A stretch of 64,000 nucleotides of DNA from a virus. The stretch lies in the IMG/VR virus record IMGVR_UViG_3300027806_000001, positions 119,469 through 183,468 of that record; one strand, written 5' to 3'. The notes beneath the pieces were generated by a model. It was not told the origin of the DNA. It searched no databases and saw nothing but the letters and a program-made list of their open reading frames with translations. Both the position numbers and the translations under genes were made by a program. Position 1 is the stretch's first letter. Every line of letters starts with the position of its first letter. Of this stretch, positions 46,362 to 55,974 are shown one piece after another.

Positions 46362-46479
46362 GCCGGACCCCTCGACTCCTGCGTACGTTATATGGCCTCT
46401 ATATACCTAGGGGTTCTACCTATGGGTATACCTATTAGGTTATACAATCATCTAACGTACGCAACAGTCGGGGGTCCGG
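46362..46479. other. Large imperfect palindrome enclosing AT-rich TACCTA repeats (origin-like)
   Basis: About 28-bp arms gccggacccctcgactcctgcgtacgtta / taacgtacgcaacagtcggggtccggc around a 62-nt AT-rich core. Confidence 0.6.
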
Positions 46480-46493
46480 CTCCAGGGGTCGTG

Positions 46494-46817
46494 TCAGGGT
46501 TCCTTGGGCTCGTCCAGCAGGCCGACCTTGCGGTTGACGGCCATGGCGCAGGCGTAGATGGCCGCGGTCATGACGAGCCAGGTCCAGAGCCCCCGGTGGA
46601 AGGCCAGGCACTGGGCGGCCGCCAGGGCCATGGAGACCTGCACCGTGAGGCAGGACTCGCAGGACACCATCCTCTGCAGGAAGGTCTCCTGGCGGTCGGC
46701 CCAGGCCATCACGGTGTCGACGAAGATGCTCAGGTTGTGCAGGCTCCAGACGATGGCGTAGGCCGCCAGGCCCAGCACCAGTCCGGACAGCAGGATCTCT
46801 TGCAGCCAGGGGATCAT
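46494..46817 (-). CDS. DUF1360-like membrane protein
   Basis: Hydrophobic segments flanking a CESC (CxxC) motif. Confidence 0.6.
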   Translation of the reverse strand: MIPWLQEILLSGLVLGLAAYAIVWSLHNLSIFVDTVMAWADRQETFLQRMVSCESCLTVQVSMALAAAQCLAFHRGLWTWLVMTAAIYACAMAVNRKVGLLDEPKEP

Positions 46818-46930
46818 TTCTTGCCTCCGAGGACTCCGCGGCCCAGGATGTAGATGCCTGCCGCGGCGATGGCGGTGCAGGGGTAGTTGTAGAGGGCGAT
46901 CAGGAACAGGATCAGGATGATGAAGGGCAT
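46814..46930 (-). CDS. Small membrane peptide (38 aa), not in the ORF track
   Basis: MPFIILILFLIALYNYPCTAIAAAGIYILGRGVLGGKK; AAGGAGG RBS; stop overlaps the next ATG. Confidence 0.6.
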   Translation of the reverse strand: MPFIILILFLIALYNYPCTAIAAAGIYILGRGVLGGKK

Positions 46931-47027
46931 GGGCCCCTCCTTCGGACGGGGTTTCTCTTGCCTGCCCTCGATGGGCGGGTCGGGATTGTTCCGCGCCGGC
47001 CCGGGCCGGCGGCTTGGGGCCGGCGGC

Positions 47028-50000
47028 TCAGGCGATGTTCGCGGAATATGCCGGCATTCCCGGCACGGTCCTGATCAGCCACACGCCTCGATCGTTGTTG
47101 TCCACGTTGGACGGGGTCATTATCGTCGCAGGCAGGTCCGTCTGGCCGGCGTCGGTCCTGGAGAGGGACACGACGTTCGGAGCAACGGTGATGCGCCAGA
47201 TGTACCTCGGCACCATGGATCCCACGACCATGCCTCCGCTGACGACCATGCGGGCGGCCTGGTTCAGCTGGAGCCGGTCTACGGGCTGCGAGACGCTGCC
47301 GGCCTGGTTGGAGCAGGGCCGGACCTTCTTGTCGTTCGAGATCCTCGACCACTCGTCGATGGCCCGCTGCATGAAGTGGTCGTCGGCCACCGGCTGGTTG
47401 AAGTACTGGATGAACTTCGCCCCCGCCAGGAACGAGTGGTAGCAGATCTCGTTGAAGTACTTGGCTCCGCCGGAGTCCGTGCCGTACCGGCTGAAGCTGT
47501 TCTGCGCCACAGGGGAGCAGATCCACGGCGCCAGGTCCTGCCAGGCCTGCGGATAGGACCGCAGCATGCCTCGAAGCCTCACGCAGTCGGTGACGAACGC
47601 CATGTAGAGGGCGCTGGGCATGGCCGTCGCTCCGGCGGTCCAGGCGTACCTCTGGGCGTCCGTGGTCGGCGACGGGACGTAGCCGTAGCCTGAGTAGAAG
47701 CCTCCCGACAGCTCGCCGTAGAGCACCGGCGCCGCGCCGATGTCCGGCATGGCGTTCACCTTGGGCCCGGAGTAGTGGCCGTTGCTCTCGAAGACGTACC
47801 TGCCCTCCTCGACGCTCAGCGGAAACTTGGCGTAGTTGTAGTACCCAGGCATCTGCCCGGTGGCGTCCAAGTAGGCCGGTAGCCCGGCCCACTTGCCAAG
47901 GTTGTGCTGGATGCAGGTCATCGCCTCCAGGACGGAGGTCCACGCATGCCATATGGCCCTGGACTCGTCCGTGCCGATGCCCCACGGGGACCTGAAGTCC
48001 TGCCTCGAGGAGATGTTGGTGTAGATCCCCATCAGCGACCTGGCCGCGGCGACCTTGTCGGCAGGCGTCGGGATGGTCGCGCCGAACTGAGCCCGGATGG
48101 CCTGGTAGTAGTCGAAGAACAGCTCCGCGAAGGACTTGCCCTGGTACACAGGGGTCGTGCCGAACCTGACGTCGTCGACGATCGCGACCGTCCTGCGGGG
48201 ATCGGGAACGGTCTTCCAGCTCGTGTTCGGGTTGGTCGTCCAGCCGGCAGGCAGGCCGTTGACGTCGAACGTGCCGTCGTAGGCGTTGTACGGCGAACCC
48301 AGGCCCAGGCCGTTCCAGCCCTCCCAGTCGTCGCAGACCAAGTTGATCTCGGCTCCCCGCTGGCGCAGGGCGGACAGGGTGGCCGTGATCGATGCTCCGC
48401 AGTGGGCGGTGCTGGTGTAGGCCCACGGCGTCATGAACCTCAGCGGGCTGGGATCGCCGTAACCGACGATGTTGCCGGTATAGGTCGTGCCGTCGGAGGT
48501 CGCGGCGTAGTAGTTGTTGAGGTTCAGTTCCTCGTTCGGAGGGGACTCGTACATCCAGTAGGTCGGCAGGATCGCCCGCCTGTTTGGCGGCCGGGACATG
48601 ATCTCGTTCACCAGGTTGTCGAGCGCGGTGCCCGAAAGGGCGGCTCCCGGCCCCGGAGGACGGATCCCTGGAACGTTGACCAAGGGCACCACGTCCTTGA
48701 TCGCTGTTCCGTTGGATGTAGTGCCAAGAACGTTGTTGTTGGTCCAGCATGCAGACCAGACCCTCTGGTTCTCGCCGAGGCCGGGACTGGAGGAGTTGAT
48801 GTCGGCGGGCAGTACCTGGATGCTGACGTAGTCGTCGGGGTAGGTGTTGCCTGCCCAGCTGGGGGATTCGATCGAGCCTCCCTGCAGGGCCCGGATGCGC
48901 TGCACCAGATCCAGCATCAGCAGCTCGAGTCCGTCCTTGATTGCCTGGGCCGTGGCGGGCAGGGCCCAGTAGGCGTCGTCCGAGGTCGAGACGGTCTGGC
49001 CGGGCATGAACCTGGCCGCGTAGGCGGCGCGGATGGCCAGCTGGGAGGTCCTGGTGGGATCTCCGACCGGGGCCAGCGCCGAGAACAACAGGGTGCTGTG
49101 CTCGCTCCACGGGTGATGCACGACGACCGCGTCGGCGCCCTTGAGCAGGGCTGGGACGACGCAGTTGCCGATGATCTGGGCCGGGTGGGTGAATGTGTAG
49201 TCCCCGACTCCGGAGTTGGACGAGACGTTCAGCAGCTCGAACGACCTCATGCAGAGCCGGACGACCGCGACGGATTCCTTGGACGGGTTGTCGGCCTTGA
49301 ACGCCTGGATGGCGCCCATGACGTCCTCGGACATCATCCGGTCGGCCTGGTCGTCGTCGACTATGAATGAGGCCATCCGCACGCTCTGCCTCAGCACGGC
49401 GGCCGCGAGGTCGGAGTCCGCCAGGACGTCGGCGGCCTGGTACCCGATCCACCTGGAGGCGGCGTCGCGGGTCGCGGAATCCGCGCGGTCGATGCGGACG
49501 TAGTCGCCCTCGCAGTTGGGGTTGAGCGGAGAGCCGAGGTCGCAGAGCAGGGGCTCCATCCTGGGGACGTCCAGGAAGCCCCACTTCTTGGCCGGGTAGG
49601 CCGCGCGCACCGCCTGCAGGCAGGACTTCATCGAGGCGATCGTCGAGGCCCTGGTGGCGTACGGAGGGACCTGCGGTTCGTAGAGCGGTCCGCCTTGCAG
49701 CAGGGAAACGTACGGGGTGGCAAAGTCCAGCAGGACCATCTCCGAGGAGGCCACGGTCGGCAGCACCCCGAGGGACAGCCCTCCGGTGCCCGCTATGCGG
49801 GCAAGCAGTTCGGCCGAATCGATCGTGCCGAGCGTAGAGTCGTGCGTCTGGTTGGCCTTGGCTTGCGGGATCATGCAGCAGCGCTTCGCCCCGAGGACGG
49901 TGAACTGCGGGAGGCCGGTCTCGTAGGGCAGCTCTGAGACGTAGACGTCGACCTCCCGCATGACCGGGAGCTTCGCGGATGGAGGAGCCGCCAGCGACAC

Positions 50001-51710
50001 GAAGTCCGCCAGGAACTGCACGAAGGCCGAGAACGACGGCCGGCGCACCTGGGTGTCCCAGTAGGTGTTGCCTTCCGGCGTCCAGTAGCCTTCCGAGTAG
50101 GTGGCCGGGTTGGCCAGGAAGCTCGTCTTGTTGAACGCTGGACGATACGAGTCGAAAACGGCGTAGGTCACGCGGGCGTACTGCGTTATGTCGGAGCCGT
50201 TGTAGGCGTAGTGGACGCTGCCTCCGCCGAAGATCTCGTGGCCTACCGCGATCAGCGCCGGCGTCTTGACGTAGACGCCCTTGTGCTGCTCGCGGCCCTG
50301 CTTCAGGTTGAAGTAGTTCCTGTAGTTGTCGGCCAGGTTGTAGAGGGCGTCGAGCCTGTAGTGCGGCGTGTAGTAGGTGACCCTGCCGGCCAGGATCTCG
50401 TCCAGGAGGTTTCTCCTGGCCGCGCCGCTGGCCACGACGTGAGTGCCTCCGAGCGGCTCCTTGGACGCCTGGACCGGGTAGTTGGAGTCCTGCACGTGGA
50501 ACAGCTTGCCGGCCTGCTCGTTCGACAGGAAATCCTTGAACCCCGGATCGCCGAGATCGGGATCGGAGAAGCGCAGCCAGTAGTAGCCAGCCGAAAACTT
50601 TCTCCACTCGGACTGCGTGGCCTGCGGAGATGGAATGGATCCAAGTCCGGAGTTTGGCGCGGTCATAGTCAGGCGAGGACGGGACTCGATGAAGACCTCG
50701 ATGCCCGCCTGCTCCAGCTGGGTGGCGATGTACCAGTCCGACAGCTCGTGGATGTCCGAGCGGCTGTCCGCCAGTTGCCTGAACAGGGACAGGGTGGACG
50801 GGGTGGCCGCCTCGCTGCCGACGTCGAGCGTGACGTACAGCCTGCCCGAGCCGGGGGTGCGGCCCCGCATGGCCTTGAAGTCCTCGACCAGGTCGTCCAG
50901 GAGCGCCTTGTAGGCTGTGTCGCGTTCCGCGGCGGTGGCCCCCAGGGAGTCCCAGATGGCGATCGTCTTGCCCCGCCAGACGGGATCGCCGGCAAACCCC
51001 TCGTGGTAGATCATCACGTTGGACGGTTCGAGGATAGGCGGCCGGCTGCCCGGCACCATGTTTCCCTCGATCAGGGACCGGATGGCCTGCGTATAGCCCA
51101 TCCACATGGCCGGAGACTGGTACAGCGGAGTGGAGACGCCGGCACTGGTGAACGTCCTCTTGCGCATCGTCCTGCCGAGGCCGTTGCGCTCGAGCAGGCC
51201 GCCTCCGGCCTGGAACCCGCCGTTCGGCCAGTAGATGCAGAAGCTCCTGGCTCCCCACTCGTGAAGGGGCTGGAAGGCCTCGTAGATGGCGTTGTGCCAG
51301 GGGCTCGAGACCTCAGGGTCGGCAGGGATCTTCTCGATCGGATAGGCCCGGCCGGCGATTCCTCCGGACGGGTGCGGGCTGCCCTGCAGGAACGAGATGA
51401 TGTCGGCCTGGGTTCCCAGCCAGTCCGACTGCCCTGGATTGGTGTTGTTGCCGAAGAACCGCTGGAAGAAGATGCGGTTGGCTTCCTGCAGCTCTGGATC
51501 GCCCTGGGGGGGCGCCGTGCCGGCCGCCCTCTGCACAGGCGGAGCGAACCGAGGATCGCCCTCCAGGGGCGCCTTGGGCTGCCTGAGCGCGCCCAGGAAG
51601 TCCTGCGAGATGGTCGGTCCGACCGGGGCAGGCGCCACGGCGCCGTCGTAGACCAGGCCGGCGTCTCGGTGCATGGCGTCGGGATTGCCGGATCTATCGG
51701 GGGTCGTCAT
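47028..51710 (-). CDS. Large multidomain protein with putative glycoside-hydrolase-like barrels (virion depolymerase candidate)
   Basis: 1560 aa, W/Y/D/N-rich; motifs VLLDFATP...VRAAYPAKKWGFL and LVCDDWEGW. Confidence 0.5.
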   Translation of the reverse strand: MTTPDRSGNPDAMHRDAGLVYDGAVAPAPVGPTISQDFLGALRQPKAPLEGDPRFAPPVQRAAGTAPPQGDPELQEANRIFFQRFFGNNTNPGQSDWLGTQADIISFLQGSPHPSGGIAGRAYPIEKIPADPEVSSPWHNAIYEAFQPLHEWGARSFCIYWPNGGFQAGGGLLERNGLGRTMRKRTFTSAGVSTPLYQSPAMWMGYTQAIRSLIEGNMVPGSRPPILEPSNVMIYHEGFAGDPVWRGKTIAIWDSLGATAAERDTAYKALLDDLVEDFKAMRGRTPGSGRLYVTLDVGSEAATPSTLSLFRQLADSRSDIHELSDWYIATQLEQAGIEVFIESRPRLTMTAPNSGLGSIPSPQATQSEWRKFSAGYYWLRFSDPDLGDPGFKDFLSNEQAGKLFHVQDSNYPVQASKEPLGGTHVVASGAARRNLLDEILAGRVTYYTPHYRLDALYNLADNYRNYFNLKQGREQHKGVYVKTPALIAVGHEIFGGGSVHYAYNGSDITQYARVTYAVFDSYRPAFNKTSFLANPATYSEGYWTPEGNTYWDTQVRRPSFSAFVQFLADFVSLAAPPSAKLPVMREVDVYVSELPYETGLPQFTVLGAKRCCMIPQAKANQTHDSTLGTIDSAELLARIAGTGGLSLGVLPTVASSEMVLLDFATPYVSLLQGGPLYEPQVPPYATRASTIASMKSCLQAVRAAYPAKKWGFLDVPRMEPLLCDLGSPLNPNCEGDYVRIDRADSATRDAASRWIGYQAADVLADSDLAAAVLRQSVRMASFIVDDDQADRMMSEDVMGAIQAFKADNPSKESVAVVRLCMRSFELLNVSSNSGVGDYTFTHPAQIIGNCVVPALLKGADAVVVHHPWSEHSTLLFSALAPVGDPTRTSQLAIRAAYAARFMPGQTVSTSDDAYWALPATAQAIKDGLELLMLDLVQRIRALQGGSIESPSWAGNTYPDDYVSIQVLPADINSSSPGLGENQRVWSACWTNNNVLGTTSNGTAIKDVVPLVNVPGIRPPGPGAALSGTALDNLVNEIMSRPPNRRAILPTYWMYESPPNEELNLNNYYAATSDGTTYTGNIVGYGDPSPLRFMTPWAYTSTAHCGASITATLSALRQRGAEINLVCDDWEGWNGLGLGSPYNAYDGTFDVNGLPAGWTTNPNTSWKTVPDPRRTVAIVDDVRFGTTPVYQGKSFAELFFDYYQAIRAQFGATIPTPADKVAAARSLMGIYTNISSRQDFRSPWGIGTDESRAIWHAWTSVLEAMTCIQHNLGKWAGLPAYLDATGQMPGYYNYAKFPLSVEEGRYVFESNGHYSGPKVNAMPDIGAAPVLYGELSGGFYSGYGYVPSPTTDAQRYAWTAGATAMPSALYMAFVTDCVRLRGMLRSYPQAWQDLAPWICSPVAQNSFSRYGTDSGGAKYFNEICYHSFLAGAKFIQYFNQPVADDHFMQRAIDEWSRISNDKKVRPCSNQAGSVSQPVDRLQLNQAARMVVSGGMVVGSMVPRYIWRITVAPNVVSLSRTDAGQTDLPATIMTPSNVDNNDRGVWLIRTVPGMPAYSANIA

Positions 51711-51891
51711 GCAGGGAGTCCTGTTGGAATCGGGAGTCGCCGTGCATTTTACGCTTTTCCTCTTGCCGAGGCTTGACGACCGCCGCGTGCAGGCCGTCGA
51801 AGATCAGTTTGCCGACCACGATCAGGCCGACCGCTATACTGCAGACCAGCTGGACCAGCAGCAGGAAGAACTGCCTCAGCAGGCGGAGCAT
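51694..51891 (-). CDS. Small membrane protein (65 aa)
   Basis: GGAGG RBS; FFLLLVQLVCSIAVGLIVVGKLIF segment. Confidence 0.6.
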   Translation of the reverse strand: MLRLLRQFFLLLVQLVCSIAVGLIVVGKLIFDGLHAAVVKPRQEEKRKMHGDSRFQQDSLHDDPR

Positions 51892-51928
51892 CAGCTCCTC
51901 CGGCCTTTCTCTTTCGGAATTTGAATTC

Positions 51929-54871
51929 ATGAGCGACTCCAAGGATCTAGTGACAGAGGGGATGCCCGAGCTGCCGGACTGGCTCAGGAAGATGGTTTCC
52001 GGCATGAAGTCCCTGAGGGAGATCGACCAGCTCGACGACCTCATCATGACCATGCCGGCGGAGAGGCTGAAGGAGCTGCACGGCCGTTTGGACATGGACC
52101 TGTTCAAGAGGTTCATGGAGTGGCACGTGGCGTCGAACCCCTCCTCGCCCGTCAGGCTGACGTCGCTGCTGAGGATCAACGGCAGGCCGTTCACCCTGTC
52201 GAAGCATCCGTTCTTCGAGCCGATGTTCTACCCGGACCTGCCTGATTCCCTGCTGCTGGTGTGCGCCCGTCAGGTGGGTAAAGCCCTGAGCGTCGATACT
52301 CCGGTGCCCACGCCGTCAGGCAGGTGCAGGATCCGCGACCTGAAGTCCGGCGACTTCGTGCTCGGCATTCACGGAACTCCGGTCAAGGTGCTGGCCGTGT
52401 CTCCAACGTTGCCTGCGCCGGTCTCCTTCAAGGTGTCGTTCAACGACGGCCACTCCGTCCTGGCCTGCGAGGACCACCTGTGGACCGTCCACCACCCCGT
52501 GGGTGGCAGGCAGGGCAGGCGGACCATGAAGATCCGAAGGCAGGAAACGCTGACCACCCGTCAGCTGCTGGACCGCGGAGTCATGATGAAGCAGGAATAC
52601 CGGTTCGCCCTGCCGGAGGTCAAGCCGGTCGAATTCCCGGAGGCCGACCTGCCCATCGACCCCTACGTCCTGGGCGTCTGGCTGGGGGACGGACACAGCT
52701 CATGCGGCCGGATCTCCTCCCACATGGACGACCCCGCGGTCGTGGACGAGGTCTCGAGCGTCTACCCTGTCTACACGGTTGGCAGGTGCAGGGGCTCCAA
52801 GGGGATCTACTTCAACGTGCTGGGATTGAAGAGCCGTCTTCGAGGACTGGGGCTGTTGAACGACAAGCGCATTCCGATCGAATACCTGCGGGCCAGCGTC
52901 TCTCAGCGCCTGGCCTTGCTGCAAGGCCTCATGGACACGGACGGAACCGTGACACCCCGGGGCCTGTGCTCGCTGGGATTCTCGAATCAGCGCCTGGCCG
53001 ACGACGCGTTCGAGCTGCTGTGCAGCCTGGGATTGGTCGTCAAGAGGTCGACCAAGCAGCCGAAGTACCCGGGCTCCAAGCTGCATCACAGGATGAACTT
53101 CACGGCCCGCAGGGACGAGCTGCCGGTGTTTCGCCTGCCGCGAAAGCTGATGAGGATGAGGACGGCGGCAGAAGCCAAGGGCAAGCCGACCCAGACGCGA
53201 TGCAAGAAGATCGTCTCGATCGAGCCTGCGGGCCCGGTCCCCATGTGCTGCATCGAGGTGGACAGCCCGGACGGACTCTATCTTTGCGGGGACAGCTGGA
53301 TCCCCACGCACAACAGCACACACCTGGCGGCGCAAGGGGTGCTGCAGGCGGGGGCGCTGCCGCGCTTCAAGATCCTCTTCATGGCGCCGCAGTTCGAGCA
53401 GATCCGGCGCTTCAGCCACCAGTACATCCGCCAGTTCGTCCACGAGTCCTACATCAAGGACGAGCTGATGGACCGCGGCTCGGTCGACTCGGTCATGCAG
53501 AAGGGGTTCCGCAACGGGTCGGAGCTGTGGTTCTCGTTCGCGAAGATGTCGGTGGACCGCGTCCGCGGCCTCTCGGTCGACGCGATCCGCATCGACGAGG
53601 TGCAGGACATGAACCCGGAGTTCCTGGACATCGTCCGGGAGTGCATGTCGGCGTCCGAGCGCAGGTCGGAGATGTACTCCGGCACCAGCAAGACCGTCGA
53701 CAACACCATCGAGCAGCTGCGCCTCAGGTCCAGCCAGGCGGAGTGGTTCATGAGGTGCGAGTCGTGCTCGCACTGGAACATCCCCACGGTCGAGGGGTCG
53801 GGCCAGGGCCTGGGCGTCATGGAGATGATCCGTCCCGAGGGCATGAGCTGCGCCAAGTGCCGGGCGCTGCTCAGCCCGGAGCGGGGCCAGTGGGTGCACC
53901 GGTACGTGGAGCGGGCCAAGACCTTCCCCAGCTACCACATCCCCCAGGTGATCTGCCCCGTCCACTACGCCAACCCCAAGAACTGGCGCAGCCTGCTGGC
54001 CAAGCGGGACAGGACCTCCACGGCGACGTTCGTCAACGAGGTGCTGGGCGAGGCCTGCGACGCCGGGCAGCGGCTGGTGAGCCTGACGGAGCTCAAGCAG
54101 GCCTGCGTCCTGGGCCCCAACACCCCGGACAGCGCGTCGCTCGCCGACAGGTACGTCGACCGGGTGCTGGGGGTCGACTGGGGCGGCAAGGGCACCAACT
54201 TCCAGTCCTTCACGGCCGCCGCGGTGGCCTGCTACTCGCCGGGCCAGGACCGCATCGACGTTCTGTTCGGCAAGGTATTCCAGGCCCTGATGGACCCGGT
54301 CATCGAGACCAAGGAGGTCATCGACCTGTCCAGCAAGTACTCCTGCACGCTGATCGCCCACGACGTGGCCGTCGCAGGAGAGGTGCGCAGGAGCATCATG
54401 AGGAGCATGGGAGTGCACGACGGCCGCCTGGCGAACTGCCGGTATGCGGCCAGCGGCAGCATCAAGGCCATCCTCCAGCACGTGCCGTCGACCGACATCA
54501 ACCCGACCGAGTACTACAACCTGGACAAGAGCCAGGTCGTGTCCGCGGTCTGCCTGGCCATCAAGAACGGCAGCATCCGCTTCCCGCAGTACGAGACCAT
54601 GAAGGACGACTCGGGGAACAACATGCTGGAGCACTTCCTGGCCGTGTACGAGGAATCCTCCGAGAGCATGTTCGGATCCGAGAAGAGGTTCATCAGGCGC
54701 AACCCCGGCATGCCAGACGACTTCCTGCACGCGGTGGCCTTCGCGGTCATCGTGCTGTGGAGGCGCTATCCGGAGCTGGTGCCCGACCTGATGGACGCGG
54801 TGCTCGACGGGGACGAGCTGGCGTCCTTCGGCGACCCCAGGGCCTACTACATGCCGGGCGACATGGATTGA
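51929..54871 (+). CDS. terL: Terminase large subunit (intein-containing)
   Basis: Spliced Walker A ARQVGK|ST, RVRGLSVDAIRIDEVQD Walker B, SGTSKT, CxxC..CxxC zinc motif, nuclease VLGVDWG and PDDFLHA. Confidence 0.9.
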   Translation: MSDSKDLVTEGMPELPDWLRKMVSGMKSLREIDQLDDLIMTMPAERLKELHGRLDMDLFKRFMEWHVASNPSSPVRLTSLLRINGRPFTLSKHPFFEPMFYPDLPDSLLLVCARQVGKALSVDTPVPTPSGRCRIRDLKSGDFVLGIHGTPVKVLAVSPTLPAPVSFKVSFNDGHSVLACEDHLWTVHHPVGGRQGRRTMKIRRQETLTTRQLLDRGVMMKQEYRFALPEVKPVEFPEADLPIDPYVLGVWLGDGHSSCGRISSHMDDPAVVDEVSSVYPVYTVGRCRGSKGIYFNVLGLKSRLRGLGLLNDKRIPIEYLRASVSQRLALLQGLMDTDGTVTPRGLCSLGFSNQRLADDAFELLCSLGLVVKRSTKQPKYPGSKLHHRMNFTARRDELPVFRLPRKLMRMRTAAEAKGKPTQTRCKKIVSIEPAGPVPMCCIEVDSPDGLYLCGDSWIPTHNSTHLAAQGVLQAGALPRFKILFMAPQFEQIRRFSHQYIRQFVHESYIKDELMDRGSVDSVMQKGFRNGSELWFSFAKMSVDRVRGLSVDAIRIDEVQDMNPEFLDIVRECMSASERRSEMYSGTSKTVDNTIEQLRLRSSQAEWFMRCESCSHWNIPTVEGSGQGLGVMEMIRPEGMSCAKCRALLSPERGQWVHRYVERAKTFPSYHIPQVICPVHYANPKNWRSLLAKRDRTSTATFVNEVLGEACDAGQRLVSLTELKQACVLGPNTPDSASLADRYVDRVLGVDWGGKGTNFQSFTAAAVACYSPGQDRIDVLFGKVFQALMDPVIETKEVIDLSSKYSCTLIAHDVAVAGEVRRSIMRSMGVHDGRLANCRYAASGSIKAILQHVPSTDINPTEYYNLDKSQVVSAVCLAIKNGSIRFPQYETMKDDSGNNMLEHFLAVYEESSESMFGSEKRFIRRNPGMPDDFLHAVAFAVIVLWRRYPELVPDLMDAVLDGDELASFGDPRAYYMPGDMD
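52283..53314 (+). mobile_element. Class 3 intein with LAGLIDADG homing endonuclease (344 aa)
   Basis: Starts with Ala (ALSVDTPVPTP); block B HLW, block F PMCCIEV, block G IPTHN followed by Ser; LAGLIDADG boxes LGVWLGDG and LQGLMDTDG. Confidence 0.95.
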
Positions 54872-54907
54872 TAGTTAGCGAGACGGCGGCTATAGTCGTG
54901 CAGGCCG

Positions 54908-54991
54908 GCCGCCCCGTCCACTCGATCCTGATCCTTGGGCTCCCTGGAATGGGGCTGCTTTGGAGATTGAGGATTGAGTGGATTGGGCGGC
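54908..54991 (+). other. 22-bp imperfect stem in the intergenic region after terL
   Basis: gccgccccgtccactcgatcct pairs with aggattgagtggattgggcggc (2 G-U pairs, 1 mismatch). Confidence 0.6.
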
Positions 54992-55073
54992 AGGAAGGTC
55001 CGACTGCGAAGCGGTCGGCAAGATATTTTACCCCAGACCGGGCAGTAATTTAGCCCCTGAAGCGGAGACAGCC

Positions 55074-55322
55074 ATGAACATCGAGATCGTCAAGTTCGAG
55101 CCCCAGTCCGACGGAACCGTCAGCGTGCACCTCTCGGGAGGCTCGGACCTGGCCCTGCAGGGCCCCGACGCCCGCCGGGCGGTCTTCGCCAGGGCCAAGG
55201 AGGCCGGCTATCCGGCCCATGGCCTGAACCGCTACGTGCAGGGTCCCAAGGTCGACGGCAAGTCGACCGGCCAGTGGATCATGGTCAGCAGCCAGTGGCC
55301 GGCAAAGTCGGTGAGGGTCTGA
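55074..55322 (+). CDS. Hypothetical protein (82 aa)
   Basis: GGAGA RBS; MNIEIVKF... Confidence 0.65.
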   Translation: MNIEIVKFEPQSDGTVSVHLSGGSDLALQGPDARRAVFARAKEAGYPAHGLNRYVQGPKVDGKSTGQWIMVSSQWPAKSVRV

Positions 55323-55324
55323 GC

Positions 55325-55684
55325 GTGCCGAGCATCCTGACGCCTGCCGAGAGGAAGCTCTTCATCCGCAAGCCGGAATGGGCCAAGGCCCTGCTGCCGC
55401 TGTGCGAGGCCATGAAGCAGGCTGAGTTCGAGACGGCTACCGTCGCCGACATCATGGGCGTGCTGCAGGACGAGCCGGAACTCCCGTCAAAGTTTTATAT
55501 TGTTGACAACCGGTACCTGGTGCCATCAAAGAAGACCTGCTACGATCTCAACCTGGCGGAGCGGCTTGACCGCCTGCCCTACTGGCCTCCCCGTATCCTG
55601 AGCGTCACCTTCTGGATCCATCGCGATGAGAGTCAAGCTGCGACAGACTCGTTGGACGCTGGAGAGGATGGACCTTGGTCCTAA
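55325..55684 (+). CDS. Hypothetical protein (119 aa, GTG start)
   Basis: Starts just after the upstream stop. Confidence 0.55.
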   Translation: MPSILTPAERKLFIRKPEWAKALLPLCEAMKQAEFETATVADIMGVLQDEPELPSKFYIVDNRYLVPSKKTCYDLNLAERLDRLPYWPPRILSVTFWIHRDESQAATDSLDAGEDGPWS

Positions 55685-55919
55685 GCTCCGCGGCAACATC
55701 GATCATCCGGACCGGGCGAGAAGGTACATACGCATCTCGACGCGCCTGACGCGCGGCGAGGAGATCCTCGAGGTGCTGCTGCACGAGTTCCTGCACGGCT
55801 GCTTTTGGGACATGGACGAGGAGGCCATCACCCAGGCCGCCAAGGACATGGCCCGCGCGCTGTACAAGTGCGGCGCGAGGATCGACGTGGACAAGATCCC
55901 TGTCCGCAAGCCCAAGTGA
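55626..55919 (+). CDS. Small HExxH metallopeptidase-like protein
   Basis: EVLLHEFLHG...DEE. Confidence 0.7.
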   Translation: MRVKLRQTRWTLERMDLGPKLRGNIDHPDRARRYIRISTRLTRGEEILEVLLHEFLHGCFWDMDEEAITQAAKDMARALYKCGARIDVDKIPVRKPK

Positions 55920-55930
55920 AGGCCTAAAGG

Positions 55931-55960
55931 AACAACCCCCGGCGAGAGCCGGGGGTTGTT
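55931..55960. terminator. Bidirectional terminator between convergent genes
   Basis: Perfect aacaacccccggc-gaga-gccgggggttgtt. Confidence 0.85.
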
Positions 55961-55974
55961 CGTCTTCGGGTAGA

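Noticed and set aside
51773-51928. ORF-track N-terminal extension of the terminase
   Set aside because: Overlaps an RBS-supported minus-strand membrane gene (51694..51891) and looks non-protein-like; start moved to 51929
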